Below, in pieces: positions 8,864-18,868 of a stretch of DNA of 55,949 nucleotides. The DNA comes from Candidatus Falkowbacteria bacterium (GTDB taxonomy: Bacteria; Patescibacteriota; Patescibacteriia; Patescibacteriales; UBA12465): NCBI GenBank assembly GCA_009995495.1, contig JAACPL010000007.1, positions 1 to 55,949 of the forward strand, in the 5' to 3' direction. Numbering within the stretch: position 1 is the stretch's first letter; each line of letters begins with the position of its first letter. Below the pieces are notes generated by a model, which had not been told where the DNA came from, did not search any database, and was given only the letters and a program-made list of their open reading frames with translations. A program made the translations under genes and the position numbers.

Positions 8864-9273
8864 TAGTTTGCAAATTGGTTACCTATAAAGCTAGTTATTG
8901 TGTAAGCGGAAAGAACAATTAAAAGACCAATAATAGCGTTTATTATTATTGTTTTAGCTTTTTCTACTTTTTGCTCATTACCTCCGGCAGTCATCCAATT
9001 TATACCACCGTAAATTGTTAAAATTAAAAATAAGACTCCAATAAAAGAAAGGACGAAGCCAATCATATCGCCAAGTTTAGTAGCAATAAATTTTTCGTCA
9101 TAGGGCTCATTAGTATTGATTTGTTCCTGATAAGCTGGAACTACATTAGCCGCTTCATTTAAGCCTTTTAAGACATCTTCTGAAGCAGCGTTTTGAGCCA
9201 ACACTGAAGAGGAAAAAGTAAAAAATAAAAATAAAAAAAAGATTACCGGAAAAAAGAATTTAAATTTTTTCAT
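8863..9273 (-). CDS. TrbC/VirB2-like (T4SS-pilin family) small membrane protein
   Basis: GGINWMTAGGNEQKV motif with the same architecture. Confidence 0.75.
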   Translation of the reverse strand: MKKFKFFFPVIFFLFLFFTFSSSVLAQNAASEDVLKGLNEAANVVPAYQEQINTNEPYDEKFIATKLGDMIGFVLSFIGVLFLILTIYGGINWMTAGGNEQKVEKAKTIIINAIIGLLIVLSAYTITSFIGNQFAN

Positions 9274-9297
9274 AAAGAAATTATTTGAGATAAATTC

Positions 9298-9346
9298 ACT
9301 GCCTTAATTAAAAGAGGAATTCCTGAAGACTTTTAATTAAGGCAGT
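9298..9346 (-). repeat. perfect 17-bp inverted repeat (stem-loop) between the first and second pilin genes
   Basis: actgccttaattaaaag (9298-9314) and its exact reverse complement (9330-9346). The 15-nt loop contains ggaattcc. No U-run follows on the coding strand. Confidence 0.6.
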
Positions 9347-9382
9347 AAATCCTAATTACTTAGGACTACTGACTAAAGTATC

Positions 9383-9781
9383 TTAATTACTGACGGTTGT
9401 ACTAATATTTTCAATTAACCAAGTTGCTAGACCCCATGAGGCTAGAACAATAATTAAACCGACAACACCAGCGCCTAGAAGTTTCTTTGCTTCTCCGGTT
9501 TTTTCTTCGCTACCACCAGAAGTCATCCATTTAAATCCACCGATTAAAATGATACTTACAGCAATTAAGCCAAGGAAACCAAGGGCAAATTTAATAAAAC
9601 GGCCGATGACTTCACGAGGATCTTGCTCAACATCACCAAGAGATCCACCTAAACCATCTTCAACTAGTTGTGTGCCATATGGATCATTGTCTGTTTGAGC
9701 TAATGCTGGTAAAGCAAAAACTGGAACCAAAAAGGCAGCGACAATTGCGAAAGCTGCTAAATTTTTTAATAATTTTTTCAT
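9383..9781 (-). CDS. TrbC/VirB2-like (T4SS-pilin family) small membrane protein, promoter-proximal paralog
   Basis: GGFKWMTSGGSEEKT motif. Strong Shine-Dalgarno sequence (aaaggtggtg), a putative promoter upstream, and more G+C-rich codons than the downstream paralogs. Confidence 0.75.
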   Translation of the reverse strand: MKKLLKNLAAFAIVAAFLVPVFALPALAQTDNDPYGTQLVEDGLGGSLGDVEQDPREVIGRFIKFALGFLGLIAVSIILIGGFKWMTSGGSEEKTGEAKKLLGAGVVGLIIVLASWGLATWLIENISTTVSN

Positions 9782-9866
9782 AATTTCACCACCTTTCTAG
9801 TTTTTTTAATTTATTTTTCTATCACTAATATTTTAGCATAATCCCTAAAACAAGACAATATGATTT

Positions 9867-10229
9867 TTAGCTCAAGATATTATAATATTTTTTTATTACT
9901 GCTCTTTTGCAATTTTGCTTAAAAATCACTAATATTAAGTCTAATTGTGTATTTTCTAGAGGAATTTTATTAAGGTAGCAGTAGGCTAATATTGCCTTTT
10001 TTAAATTAATTACTTGTTTTTTTGTTAACGGAATAGCATTTAAATCAAGGACATTAAAGTTTCTACTTTTAACTTCAATAAAAATTAGGTCTTTATTTTT
10101 ATTAAAAATTAAATCAATTTCATTTCGGCCATTGCGCCAATTTTCCGCCAATAATTTATAGCCTAGATTAAGATAATGATTTTTTGCAATAAATTCCCCT
10201 CTTTTTCCTAATTCTTGTTTTTTATTCAT
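9867..10229 (-). CDS. yraN: YraN-family (UPF0102) endonuclease-like protein
   Basis: 120 aa with G.RGE.IA..YL...GY.ILA.NWR....EIDLI......L.FIEVKSR pattern. Confidence 0.7.
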   Translation of the reverse strand: MNKKQELGKRGEFIAKNHYLNLGYKLLAENWRNGRNEIDLIFNKNKDLIFIEVKSRNFNVLDLNAIPLTKKQVINLKKAILAYCYLNKIPLENTQLDLILVIFKQNCKRAVIKKYYNILS

Positions 10230-10250
10230 AAAATAGGTTTTCTAGAATTA

Positions 10251-10282
10251 AAAAACCTCCGAGCTTAAGCCAGGAGGTTTTT
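10251..10282. terminator. bidirectional terminator-type hairpin
   Basis: aaaaacctcc ... ggaggttttt: 10-bp stem, 12-nt loop. Confidence 0.55.
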
Positions 10283-10305
10283 AAAAAACTCATTATTTTA
10301 ATTAA

Positions 10306-10695
10306 CTAAGGAATGTATTTCTCTCTAATTTTTTGTAATTCCGCTTCTTTTTTCTTTTCTGGTAAACCTTTTAAATCTTTAAGAATAAAATAAAGCCAAG
10401 CAATTATTAAAAGAAACCAAGCGGCTAACCAAAAACGACCGGATAAAAAAGGTAGGTTTTCGTAGCGGAAAAAGAAGAAGATTATTGCTAAAACAAAATT
10501 AGCGGCAAAAAAGTCATAACTTCGAATTAAAGTTCTTTTATAAAGCTTGGACCTTTTTTTATAAATTGTCGTTAAAACTGCGCCAACTAAGAAAATAACT
10601 AAAAGTGCTAAGAAAAAAATTTTTCCACTTTGACCAATCGGACCAGGAATAAGTTCAAACCAATAAGTGCTTGAAAACAAATTTTTTAACATCAT
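10306..10695 (-). CDS. hypothetical membrane protein (4 TM)
   Basis: 129-aa hydrophobic ORF tightly packed with the downstream gene. No family recognised. Confidence 0.5.
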   Translation of the reverse strand: MMLKNLFSSTYWFELIPGPIGQSGKIFFLALLVIFLVGAVLTTIYKKRSKLYKRTLIRSYDFFAANFVLAIIFFFFRYENLPFLSGRFWLAAWFLLIIAWLYFILKDLKGLPEKKKEAELQKIREKYIP

Positions 10696-10699
10696 ATTT

Positions 10700-11251
10700 T
10701 TATAGTTTAGTTAAGACGAGACCATAATGATAGGGTCCGGCTTCAAATTCTTCATTTATTTTTAAACCGAGCCTTGAACAAATATCTTTTACTTCTCTTT
10801 GAGAAATCCTTTTTTCTGGAGCGGGACCAAGAGGAATATCTTCAAGTTTCCAATCAATTATTAACATTTTCCCGTTATTTTTTATAAGTCGGGTCGCTTC
10901 CTTTAAGATATTAGCTTTTTTAATTGCTTGGCTTAAAACATTAATTATTGTCGCTGCATCGAGACTTGCTGTCTCTATTTTAGTCGCTTGAAAGACCTCT
11001 AAATCGCTCCAAACAGGCTCTACTTGTGGTAAGTTATGGCTTTCTGCTTGGCTTTTAACCTCTTTTAAAGCTTCTTTTAAGATATCAATCGCGTAAATCT
11101 TTCCTTCGCGACCAACTAAATTAGCTAGAGGGAAAACAAAGAAGCCAAAATTACCGCAACCAAGCTCAGCGACTCTTTGTTTCTCGCTAATGCTTATTTT
11201 AGCTAAAATTTTATCAATGTCAAATAGAACTGTTTTTTTTGTGCCCAACAT
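10700..11251 (-). CDS. class I SAM-dependent methyltransferase
   Basis: Motif I VAELGCGNFGF and post-I acidic AIDI. Size is typical of the family (183 aa). Confidence 0.7.
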   Translation of the reverse strand: MLGTKKTVLFDIDKILAKISISEKQRVAELGCGNFGFFVFPLANLVGREGKIYAIDILKEALKEVKSQAESHNLPQVEPVWSDLEVFQATKIETASLDAATIINVLSQAIKKANILKEATRLIKNNGKMLIIDWKLEDIPLGPAPEKRISQREVKDICSRLGLKINEEFEAGPYHYGLVLTKL

Positions 11252-11271
11252 ATTTGTAAATTTAATTTTTT

Positions 11272-11931
11272 TTATTCAACTAATACTTGTCTAATTATAA
11301 TATTTTCTTGGCTGTATTTCTTTTTAGCACTAATTATAATATTGTTTAGTCCGCTTTTTAGATTAATAGTTTGGGAAAAATTTCCATTATGATTACTGAG
11401 AATTATTTCACCATTTATTTTTAACTCTGTTTCCGCTTCGGTTTCTCCAATAACTTCAATCGAGCGATCTTCTGTTAGTAAATTATTTTCCGGGGCAATT
11501 ATTTTTAGTTCTGGTGGAGTGACAATCTTTCTAACGTAGAATATTAAGTAAAGGGAGCAGGCTAAAATTGCTAAAGAAAATAAAATAGTTTTTATTATTT
11601 TTGGAAAGGCGATTAAATGTTTTTTAGTGATTTTTTTATTGATAAAGGGATCATCTTTTTCTTCGCTGCTTAATTCACTAAGTTTATTTGCTAAAACTTT
11701 TTTATCAAGTCCTAAAAATTCTCCGTATTTTTTCAAAAAACCTTTACGATAAATTCCAGATGGTAGTAAATCTAAACGATTCTTTTCAATCGCATCGAGA
11801 TATTCTTCTTTTATTCCAAGTTTTCTTGAAACAAAGCTCATCTCAAGACCTTTTTCTAGGCGAAGTCGATGACTTAATAGTCCGAAATCGTTTTCCTCAG
11901 TTATTATTTTTTTTAAACTAAATTTCGACAT
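11272..11931 (-). CDS. RodZ-like helix-turn-helix membrane protein
   Basis: N-terminal Xre-type HTH (LRLEKGLEMSFVSRKLGIKEEYLDAIE), a single TM segment, and a C-terminal beta-rich domain. Confidence 0.55.
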   Translation of the reverse strand: MSKFSLKKIITEENDFGLLSHRLRLEKGLEMSFVSRKLGIKEEYLDAIEKNRLDLLPSGIYRKGFLKKYGEFLGLDKKVLANKLSELSSEEKDDPFINKKITKKHLIAFPKIIKTILFSLAILACSLYLIFYVRKIVTPPELKIIAPENNLLTEDRSIEVIGETEAETELKINGEIILSNHNGNFSQTINLKSGLNNIIISAKKKYSQENIIIRQVLVE

Positions 11932-11978
11932 AAATTAAGCTTTAGCTTAAAGAAAAGACCTTTTTTAAGGTGGTTAAA

Positions 11979-12449
11979 TTATCTTAAAAGCCTGGTCCGC
12001 GGCTTGAGTTGAGTTGGTATTTCAACTTTACCCTGCCAATTAAGACCCATAGCTTTAAAAACGAAATTAATGATTAACCAACTTCCGAAGACTATTAAGA
12101 GTCCAACAACAGCAGCGGTAATTATTTTTTTTGCTTGGCCAACCTTATCTGCTGAGCCAGCAGAAATTAAGAACATAACACCACCGTAAACAAACATTAA
12201 TAGAGTTAAGGAGCCAAGTATGCCAAAAACGAATTGGGAAATTTTAATTGCTAAAGCTAGGAAATCGTTGATAGCATAATCACCGCAATCGGTTGGGCTC
12301 ATTCCCGTTGGGTTCCCGTTTTCATCAACTGAGCAATTTGAGGAGCCAGTGGCTTCTGGTAGTATTCCTTGAGCTGAAACTTGGAAAGCCAAAACTAGTC
12401 CAAGAAAAATAGTGACGGCAATTAAACTAAAAATTTTTTTCTTTTTCAT
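11979..12449 (-). CDS. divergent T4SS-pilin-like small membrane protein
   Basis: Signal peptide, a Cys-containing N-terminal stretch, then two TM helices flanking YGGVMFLISAGSADKVGQAKK. This is the same layout as the 6.9-9.8 kb paralogs. Confidence 0.55.
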   Translation of the reverse strand: MKKKKIFSLIAVTIFLGLVLAFQVSAQGILPEATGSSNCSVDENGNPTGMSPTDCGDYAINDFLALAIKISQFVFGILGSLTLLMFVYGGVMFLISAGSADKVGQAKKIITAAVVGLLIVFGSWLIINFVFKAMGLNWQGKVEIPTQLKPRTRLLR

Positions 12450-12463
12450 ATAAAACTAATATA

Positions 12464-13840
12464 TTATCTTACAGTTTGCTGAACTCTTGAAGCCCCAATA
12501 CTTAAAATATCTTCAATTTTTCCGGTGGGATTATTAACAACCCCTAAAATCATCTCTTTCATTGCTACTTCGGCTGCCTGAGGATTAATTCCTTTATACC
12601 AGGTTTTGGCCGTTAAGATTTGAGAAGAAAAAATCTTTATTTCTTCACTACTGTTTTCATTATTAATTAAAGACTTTAAAGCAGCGGGCTTATTTGTTTT
12701 TTCTAAGTATATTTTTGCTTGTTCAGCTTTAGTAATAAATTGAATAAAATGCCAAGCTTCATTTTGATTTTTGCTTTTATTTGAAACGACCTCAACCCAG
12801 TAATTAGCAAAGTTTATATTAGTTGATTGGTCGCTACTAATTTGTGGTAACTTAGCAATCGAGAAATTCAATTTTGGCGCCCTAGTTTTAATTGTTTCTA
12901 AATCATAGGAATAACTAAACATTATTGCTAAATTGCCGCTAATAAAAAGATCAAGCGCATTATCTAAGGCTTCGTTCCAAGCATAAGATTCTTTTATAGG
13001 ATTAGCAAATTCAGAATAAAAACGTAAAGCGTTAAGGCCTGGATTAGCTTTTCTATTTTGATTATCTGTTATTTCGTGGTGAAAAGTAATCGCCCCGTTA
13101 TTATTTTGCATTATTGCTCCGCCTTGCATCATTAAAAGAGCGAGAATATCAGTTGAGCGGTTAATATTATAAGCACCGCCTAAAGCAACGCCGGACTGAA
13201 CAATTCCTTGCCTTGAATCTAATCTAGTTAACTTATTAATAGTCACAAGAAAGTCATTGTCCCAATATCTTGGCAACTCAATTATACCAGCATTATTTAA
13301 TAAATCTCGATTATAATACATCGCCAAGGTATCAACTGATAAAGGTAGGCCGTAAATTTTTCCGTCTAAAACAACATCGTGATAAACAGCTCCAGCAAAA
13401 TCATCCTGTAAGGTTTTTAAAGTTAAGGAATTAGTTGTTCTTAATTCATTTACTAACTCTTTTTTAATTGAACCAACAATTTTTGGATAAACCATTGTTG
13501 TTGTTGGTGGTAAAGGAGTTAATTTGCTTTGATATTTTTTCATCCAGGTATTGTGAATAGAAAAAATGTCTGGTCCTCTATCCTCAGCTAAGGCATTTAA
13601 AATTTCATTTTCATATTCATCATAACGAAGTAGTCGGTAATTAATGGTGATATAGGGGTGGGCAGCCTTATAAGCGTCAATTATTTCTTGAAAATCATCT
13701 TGACCATCAAAAACTCGCCAATAATTAAGAGTAACTGGCCGCGCTGCCTCCTGAACACCTTTATCGTCGATTTTACAGGCCGATCCAGAAATAAAGACAA
13801 AAATAATTATTAAAAAGATAGCACCGAACTTTTTTCGCAT
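12464..13840 (-). CDS. extracellular solute-binding protein (ABC sugar-type SBP), probable lipoprotein
   Basis: 458 aa. N-terminal signal with Cys (ISGSAC). General family-1 SBP sequence character (WRVFDG...DIF..HN.W). No permease gene is adjacent. Confidence 0.7.
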   Translation of the reverse strand: MRKKFGAIFLIIIFVFISGSACKIDDKGVQEAARPVTLNYWRVFDGQDDFQEIIDAYKAAHPYITINYRLLRYDEYENEILNALAEDRGPDIFSIHNTWMKKYQSKLTPLPPTTTMVYPKIVGSIKKELVNELRTTNSLTLKTLQDDFAGAVYHDVVLDGKIYGLPLSVDTLAMYYNRDLLNNAGIIELPRYWDNDFLVTINKLTRLDSRQGIVQSGVALGGAYNINRSTDILALLMMQGGAIMQNNNGAITFHHEITDNQNRKANPGLNALRFYSEFANPIKESYAWNEALDNALDLFISGNLAIMFSYSYDLETIKTRAPKLNFSIAKLPQISSDQSTNINFANYWVEVVSNKSKNQNEAWHFIQFITKAEQAKIYLEKTNKPAALKSLINNENSSEEIKIFSSQILTAKTWYKGINPQAAEVAMKEMILGVVNNPTGKIEDILSIGASRVQQTVR

Positions 13841-13927
13841 AAGGTTTTTAGTCGCTATTTTAGCGACGAGAAGCTAATTTATTAGACCATTATATTATAG
13901 CAAAGTTTTGTCTTTCCTCCAATTTTT

Positions 13928-15490
13928 TCAATTTTCTTGACGACGGTATTGCAAGGCCTCAGCCAGATGTTTTAATTGAATAATTTCGCTTTTATTATTT
14001 TCATCTAAATCGGAAATAGTTTTAGCTACTTTTAATAGTTTAAAATAAGAACGACCGCTCAGAACTAGCTTTTCGCTTGCATTTCTTAATAAATCAAGAG
14101 CATTATTTTCAAGTTGGCAAAATTTTTTTACCAAAGTTCCTGGTATGTCGCCATTAACTTTAAAATTATATTTTTGATAACGCTTGGCTTGCTTTTTTCT
14201 AGCCCCTTCCACCCTTTTCTTAATTGTTTCTGAATCTTCCTCGTCTTCTAACCTTTCAATCTCTGAAATTTCTAATCTTTTTACTTCACTAAATAAGTCA
14301 AGACGATCAAGAATTGGGCCTGATAGTCTATTTTGGTAATTTATTATTTGTTTTTTTGAACAACAACAACTTTTTTTACTATCACCAAGATAACCACATG
14401 GGCAAGGGTTCATCGCCGCTAGAAGAATAAATTTTGCCGGAAAATCAAGACTAGCATTAGCTCGACTAATATTTATTTTCCCATCTTCTAAGGGCTGTCT
14501 TAAACTTTCTATTGCTGAACGAGAGAATTCTGGAAATTCATCTAGAAATAATAGACCACAATGAGCTAAAGATATTTCTCCTGGGGATGGTAATGGCCCG
14601 CCGCCGATTAAAGCAGAATTAGAAGCGCTATGATGTGGAGAGCGAAAAGGACGATTTTTTATTAAAGAGGCACCTTTCATTTTTCCACTAATGCTATAAA
14701 TTTTTGTTATTTCTAAAGATTCTTTGAAGCTTAATGCTGGCATTATTTTTAAAGAGGCTTTCGCTAATAAAGTTTTACCACTTCCTGGAGGACCATAAAG
14801 TAAAAGATTATGACAACCGGCAGCCATAATTTCTAAGGCTCTTTTAGCGTTTTTCTGGCCTCGAATTTTACTAAAGTCAAAATTATCAGAATTTTCTAAA
14901 TTATTCGTAGATTGTTTTAAATCATTTTTGTTATTTTTTTCTTCAAGACCTTCACCTTGAGAATAAGTTTTAAGGTTGATTTCTCCTCTTAAAAAAGCTA
15001 AGAGTTCTCTTAAATTATGGAGCGCAATGATTTCCAGTCCAGAAACTAATGAAGCTTCGTCAGCATTTCTAGCGGGAAGGAACAATCTTTTTAGACCAGC
15101 TGCTTTAGCGCTCATAGCAATTGCTAAAGCGCCTTTAATTTCTCTAAGCTCTCCATCTAAAGAAAGTTCGCCGATGAAAATATCTTTTTGATAGTTAATT
15201 TTCAAATTATTATTAAGAGCGATAATGCTTATTGTAATTGGTAAGTCGTAAGCTGGCCCTCGTTTTTTTACATCGGCTGGTGCCAGGTTAACGGTGATTT
15301 TTCTTTTAGGATATTTTAGCCCAGAATTTCTTAGAGCACTTTTTACTCTTTCCCGCGATTCGTTAACAGCGGTGTCTGGCAAACCAACAACGGTAATTTG
15401 TCCAAAGTCACCGCCTCCGCTATCGGCTTCAACTAAAATAATTTTGGCTTCTAGACCGACGATGGCGGCGCTAAAAATTTTTGCAGGCAT
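13928..15490 (-). CDS. comM: YifB/ComM family Mg-chelatase-like AAA+ ATPase
   Basis: N-terminal Lon-like domain (VEADSGGG...GLPDTAVNESRERV), Walker A GPPGSGKT, and Cys cluster CPCGY...CCC. Confidence 0.85.
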   Translation of the reverse strand: MPAKIFSAAIVGLEAKIILVEADSGGGDFGQITVVGLPDTAVNESRERVKSALRNSGLKYPKRKITVNLAPADVKKRGPAYDLPITISIIALNNNLKINYQKDIFIGELSLDGELREIKGALAIAMSAKAAGLKRLFLPARNADEASLVSGLEIIALHNLRELLAFLRGEINLKTYSQGEGLEEKNNKNDLKQSTNNLENSDNFDFSKIRGQKNAKRALEIMAAGCHNLLLYGPPGSGKTLLAKASLKIMPALSFKESLEITKIYSISGKMKGASLIKNRPFRSPHHSASNSALIGGGPLPSPGEISLAHCGLLFLDEFPEFSRSAIESLRQPLEDGKINISRANASLDFPAKFILLAAMNPCPCGYLGDSKKSCCCSKKQIINYQNRLSGPILDRLDLFSEVKRLEISEIERLEDEEDSETIKKRVEGARKKQAKRYQKYNFKVNGDIPGTLVKKFCQLENNALDLLRNASEKLVLSGRSYFKLLKVAKTISDLDENNKSEIIQLKHLAEALQYRRQEN

Positions 15491-15523
15491 AAATTTATTT
15501 TTTTATTTAAATTATATTTAACT

Positions 15524-15556
15524 GATAACAAAAAACCTGACTTTAAGTCAGGTTTT
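15524..15556 (-). terminator. intrinsic terminator after smc
   Basis: aaaacctgac-tttaa-gtcaggtttt with a U-run on the minus strand. Confidence 0.6.
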
Positions 15557-15592
15557 ATTGTAGTATTTTTTGTTTCAAGAAAAATTAAATTA

Positions 15593-18500
15593 TTATTCAA
15601 TTTTTTCTAAATCATCAAGCTTAACGCTTAAAAGTTGACTAACGCCATCAGCTTGCATAGTTACACCGTAAAGAATACTTGCTTTTTTCATGGAAGCGCG
15701 GTTATGAGTAATAACAATAAATTGAGTTTTGTCTGACAGGTCGTCTAAAATTCTGGCCAATCTTTCAGAGTTCGCTTCGTCTAAAGCAGCATCAACTTCA
15801 TCTAAAACTACAAAAGGTGAAGGGTTGGCGCTAATAATTGCGGAAATTAAAGCGATCGCCGTTAAGGCTCGTTCTCCACCAGAAAGCATAGTTACGGTTT
15901 GAATTTTTTTACCTGGAGGAACAGCTTGAACTTCAATTCCTTCAAGTTCACCGCCGCCATGTTTTCTTAATTGCTTAATTTTTTTCAGTTTTTTATCTAT
16001 TTCATTTTTAACCCGATTTTCTTCTTCGCTTAAACTGGCTAAGGCTTGCACCTCTTCTTCGCTAGCAACCTTATTTTTCTCATCTTTATTATCCTCAACT
16101 GTTAATTTAGAAATTTTCGCCTCTCCGCCATTAAATAAAATTTTAAAGTATTCACTAAACTTTTCCGAAATTATTTTAAACTCAGCGTCAAACTTCTTTT
16201 TAATAGTTTTATCAAGTTCGGCGATAATTTCCTCTAAAGAAATAATAGTCTTATCTAAATCATCGGTTTGTGATTTTAAGAAATCATATCTTTGTTTAGT
16301 TTCTTCGTATTCTTTTTCAACTTCCGGATCAATGCCGCCGATTTGATCAAGCTGGTTTTTTAGGGAGTTTATTTTTTTAGGCAAGAAATCAGTACCTGAG
16401 ATTTCTTCTGGACGAGGATGATTTTCAATTTCTAAGATGCTTAAGTTTTCGTTTCTAATACTAGCCTCTAAATCTTCAAGCTTAGTTTCTTGGCGAGCCG
16501 CCTCCATCTGGATTTTATTTAAGTCGTTAATCGTTAAATTTAATTCTTGTTGTTTGGCTTGAGTATTTTTTTGAAGCTCAAACATTGTTGTTTTTTCTTT
16601 TTCTTGCTTTTCTTTTAAGATATCAAGTTCTTGGCGCAACTGGGAGATATCTTCATTTAAAGTTTTAACTCTCAAATTTATGCTCGCCTCCTCGCTTTTT
16701 ATTTGTTCGGCGTCAAATTTTAATGAGCCCTTAGAAATTTTAGCGACTATTCCCCCTAGTTCAACTTTTAAACCTTCATTTTTTTCACCTAGAAGCCTTC
16801 GTCTTTCTTGTAGTGATGATTTTTTTATTAAAATTTCTTGAAGAACTTTTTCTGTTATTTGACGCTTTTTTGATAAAGAAAGCTCTTCGTCATTTTTTTC
16901 GATCTTTTTAATTGCCAGCTCAATATTTTTGATTTCTTTTTCTAGTTCTCGCTTTTCATTTTCAGTCCCAGCAAAATCAAATTTAATTTCCGCTTTTTCT
17001 ATTTTTATTTTTAAGTCATTTAGCTCACGTTCTTTGGCTTGAAACTTTTCTTGATTAAAGGAAATTTTTTCGCTTAAACTATTAAGACGATAATTTTCTT
17101 CGGCTAAGTCAGTGTTTAATTTTTGTTTTGTTTCCGAAAGAGAAATAATTTTTTCTTGGATTAATTTTATTTTTTCCAGAGATTTTTCATCTTCACCGGA
17201 AATTAAATTTTTTATTTTTGTGCCAAAATCTTTTTTGGCTTCAGCTATCAAGGTTTTGATTTTTTCTAAACTATCCTCACGATTTATTTGATCAAGGCGA
17301 TTTAAAAAATCATCAACTAATTTTTCAATTTCTTCACGACCCTTAAGTTTTTCTTTATTTTCTTTTAAACGCTCGCTTATATCGTTTAAAGACCCTTGAA
17401 GATTGTTTAATTCTTTTTCAACCTGAGCAATTTCATTTCGCAAACTTTCTTTTTTATTATTCTCCGTTTCCGCTTTAAAAACTGCTAACCTATTAGTTAA
17501 CTCTTCTTTTTCAGTTCTTAATTCTTGAGCTTTATTTTTTAACCAATCAAGATCAATTTCGCCCTTGGCCTCAAGATTGGCAGCAATAATTGTTTCTAGG
17601 CGAGAAATTTTATTTTCAGTTAGATTTTTTTCTCTTTCAAATTCTTGTTTTTTATATTTTAGTTGAGAATTTGCTTGGAGTTTTTTAGTTATTTCTTCTA
17701 GTTCAGCTCTAGCTAAAAGCTCTTCCTTTTCAGGGTTTAGTTTTTCTAAGGAGTTTATTTCAAAAGCAATATTTTCTAATTGGCTTTCAAGTTCTGATTT
17801 TTTTGAACTAAGCCAAGACAGGTCAAATTGTCCCTGGGCTTCAAGTTTCGCCTCCATTTCCGCTTGAAGTTTACTTATTTCTTTTAAGGCTTGATTTTTT
17901 TGACTTTCTTTTTCGCGCAAACGTGGTTCAAGCTCATTAATTTCTTTAAAACTATCGGTTGTTTGAATTTTTATTAATTCCTCATTAAATTTTTCTAACC
18001 TTTTTTCTTTTTCTTGTTTATCTTTTTCTAATACTAAAAGTTCTTGGTTAGCTTTTCTTAACTTGCCATTAATATCATGCCAAAGGTGGCTATAATAATT
18101 TATTTGATTTGAATTTAAGTCTTTTTCAATCTCCTCGCGCTTTTTTAATTTTTCAACTTGGCGAGTTAAGCTTTTAAGACGGGGACGAATTTCTAATAAC
18201 AACATATCAACTTGGCGAAGGTTCTCGTAGCTACTCTCAAGTTTATTCAAAGAAGAGTCTCGCTTGATTTGAAATTGCTTAACACCAGTTGCTTCATCAA
18301 AAAAATCTTTTCTTTCCGCGGCGGAAACAGTTAAAAAATTCTCAACCATTCCCTGGCCAATAACACTATAAGTTTTTTGACCAAAATTTGCTTTAGCCAG
18401 AAGCATTTGAATATCGGTTAAACGAACACGATTATCGTTCAATAAATATTCGCTCTCACCATTTCTAAAAATTCTTCTAGTAATAATTATATGATCGCAA

Positions 18501-18868
18501 GTAGCAAGAATTTTATTTAAATTATCATCATTCTCACTTTTTTCCTCACCTAAATTACGATTAATGTTGAGAGTAAAATTTTTATCACTATTATTTAAAT
18601 GAAGAGAAACTTCAGCGGAACCGAGACGGCCTTTTTTATCAGAGCCAGAAAAAATAATATCTTCACTCTTTTTTCCTCTTAGAGTTTTTAGACTTTGTTC
18701 ACCTAAAGCCCAACGAATAGAATCAGCCACATTTGATTTGCCAGACCCATTAGGACCGACAATCGCCGTTAATCCCCGTTTCTCATTACTTAAAATTCCC
18801 GAGAAGATTAATCTGTTTTTGCTAGCAAAAGATTTGAAACCATTAATTTCAAGTTTTTCTAAATACAT
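15593..18868 (-). CDS. smc: chromosome segregation protein SMC
   Basis: 1091 aa. N-terminal Walker A GPNGSGKSN, long coiled coils with a hinge, and C-terminal LSGGE signature plus Walker B VLDEVDAALD. Confidence 0.9.
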   Translation of the reverse strand: MYLEKLEINGFKSFASKNRLIFSGILSNEKRGLTAIVGPNGSGKSNVADSIRWALGEQSLKTLRGKKSEDIIFSGSDKKGRLGSAEVSLHLNNSDKNFTLNINRNLGEEKSENDDNLNKILATCDHIIITRRIFRNGESEYLLNDNRVRLTDIQMLLAKANFGQKTYSVIGQGMVENFLTVSAAERKDFFDEATGVKQFQIKRDSSLNKLESSYENLRQVDMLLLEIRPRLKSLTRQVEKLKKREEIEKDLNSNQINYYSHLWHDINGKLRKANQELLVLEKDKQEKEKRLEKFNEELIKIQTTDSFKEINELEPRLREKESQKNQALKEISKLQAEMEAKLEAQGQFDLSWLSSKKSELESQLENIAFEINSLEKLNPEKEELLARAELEEITKKLQANSQLKYKKQEFEREKNLTENKISRLETIIAANLEAKGEIDLDWLKNKAQELRTEKEELTNRLAVFKAETENNKKESLRNEIAQVEKELNNLQGSLNDISERLKENKEKLKGREEIEKLVDDFLNRLDQINREDSLEKIKTLIAEAKKDFGTKIKNLISGEDEKSLEKIKLIQEKIISLSETKQKLNTDLAEENYRLNSLSEKISFNQEKFQAKERELNDLKIKIEKAEIKFDFAGTENEKRELEKEIKNIELAIKKIEKNDEELSLSKKRQITEKVLQEILIKKSSLQERRRLLGEKNEGLKVELGGIVAKISKGSLKFDAEQIKSEEASINLRVKTLNEDISQLRQELDILKEKQEKEKTTMFELQKNTQAKQQELNLTINDLNKIQMEAARQETKLEDLEASIRNENLSILEIENHPRPEEISGTDFLPKKINSLKNQLDQIGGIDPEVEKEYEETKQRYDFLKSQTDDLDKTIISLEEIIAELDKTIKKKFDAEFKIISEKFSEYFKILFNGGEAKISKLTVEDNKDEKNKVASEEEVQALASLSEEENRVKNEIDKKLKKIKQLRKHGGGELEGIEVQAVPPGKKIQTVTMLSGGERALTAIALISAIISANPSPFVVLDEVDAALDEANSERLARILDDLSDKTQFIVITHNRASMKKASILYGVTMQADGVSQLLSVKLDDLEKIE

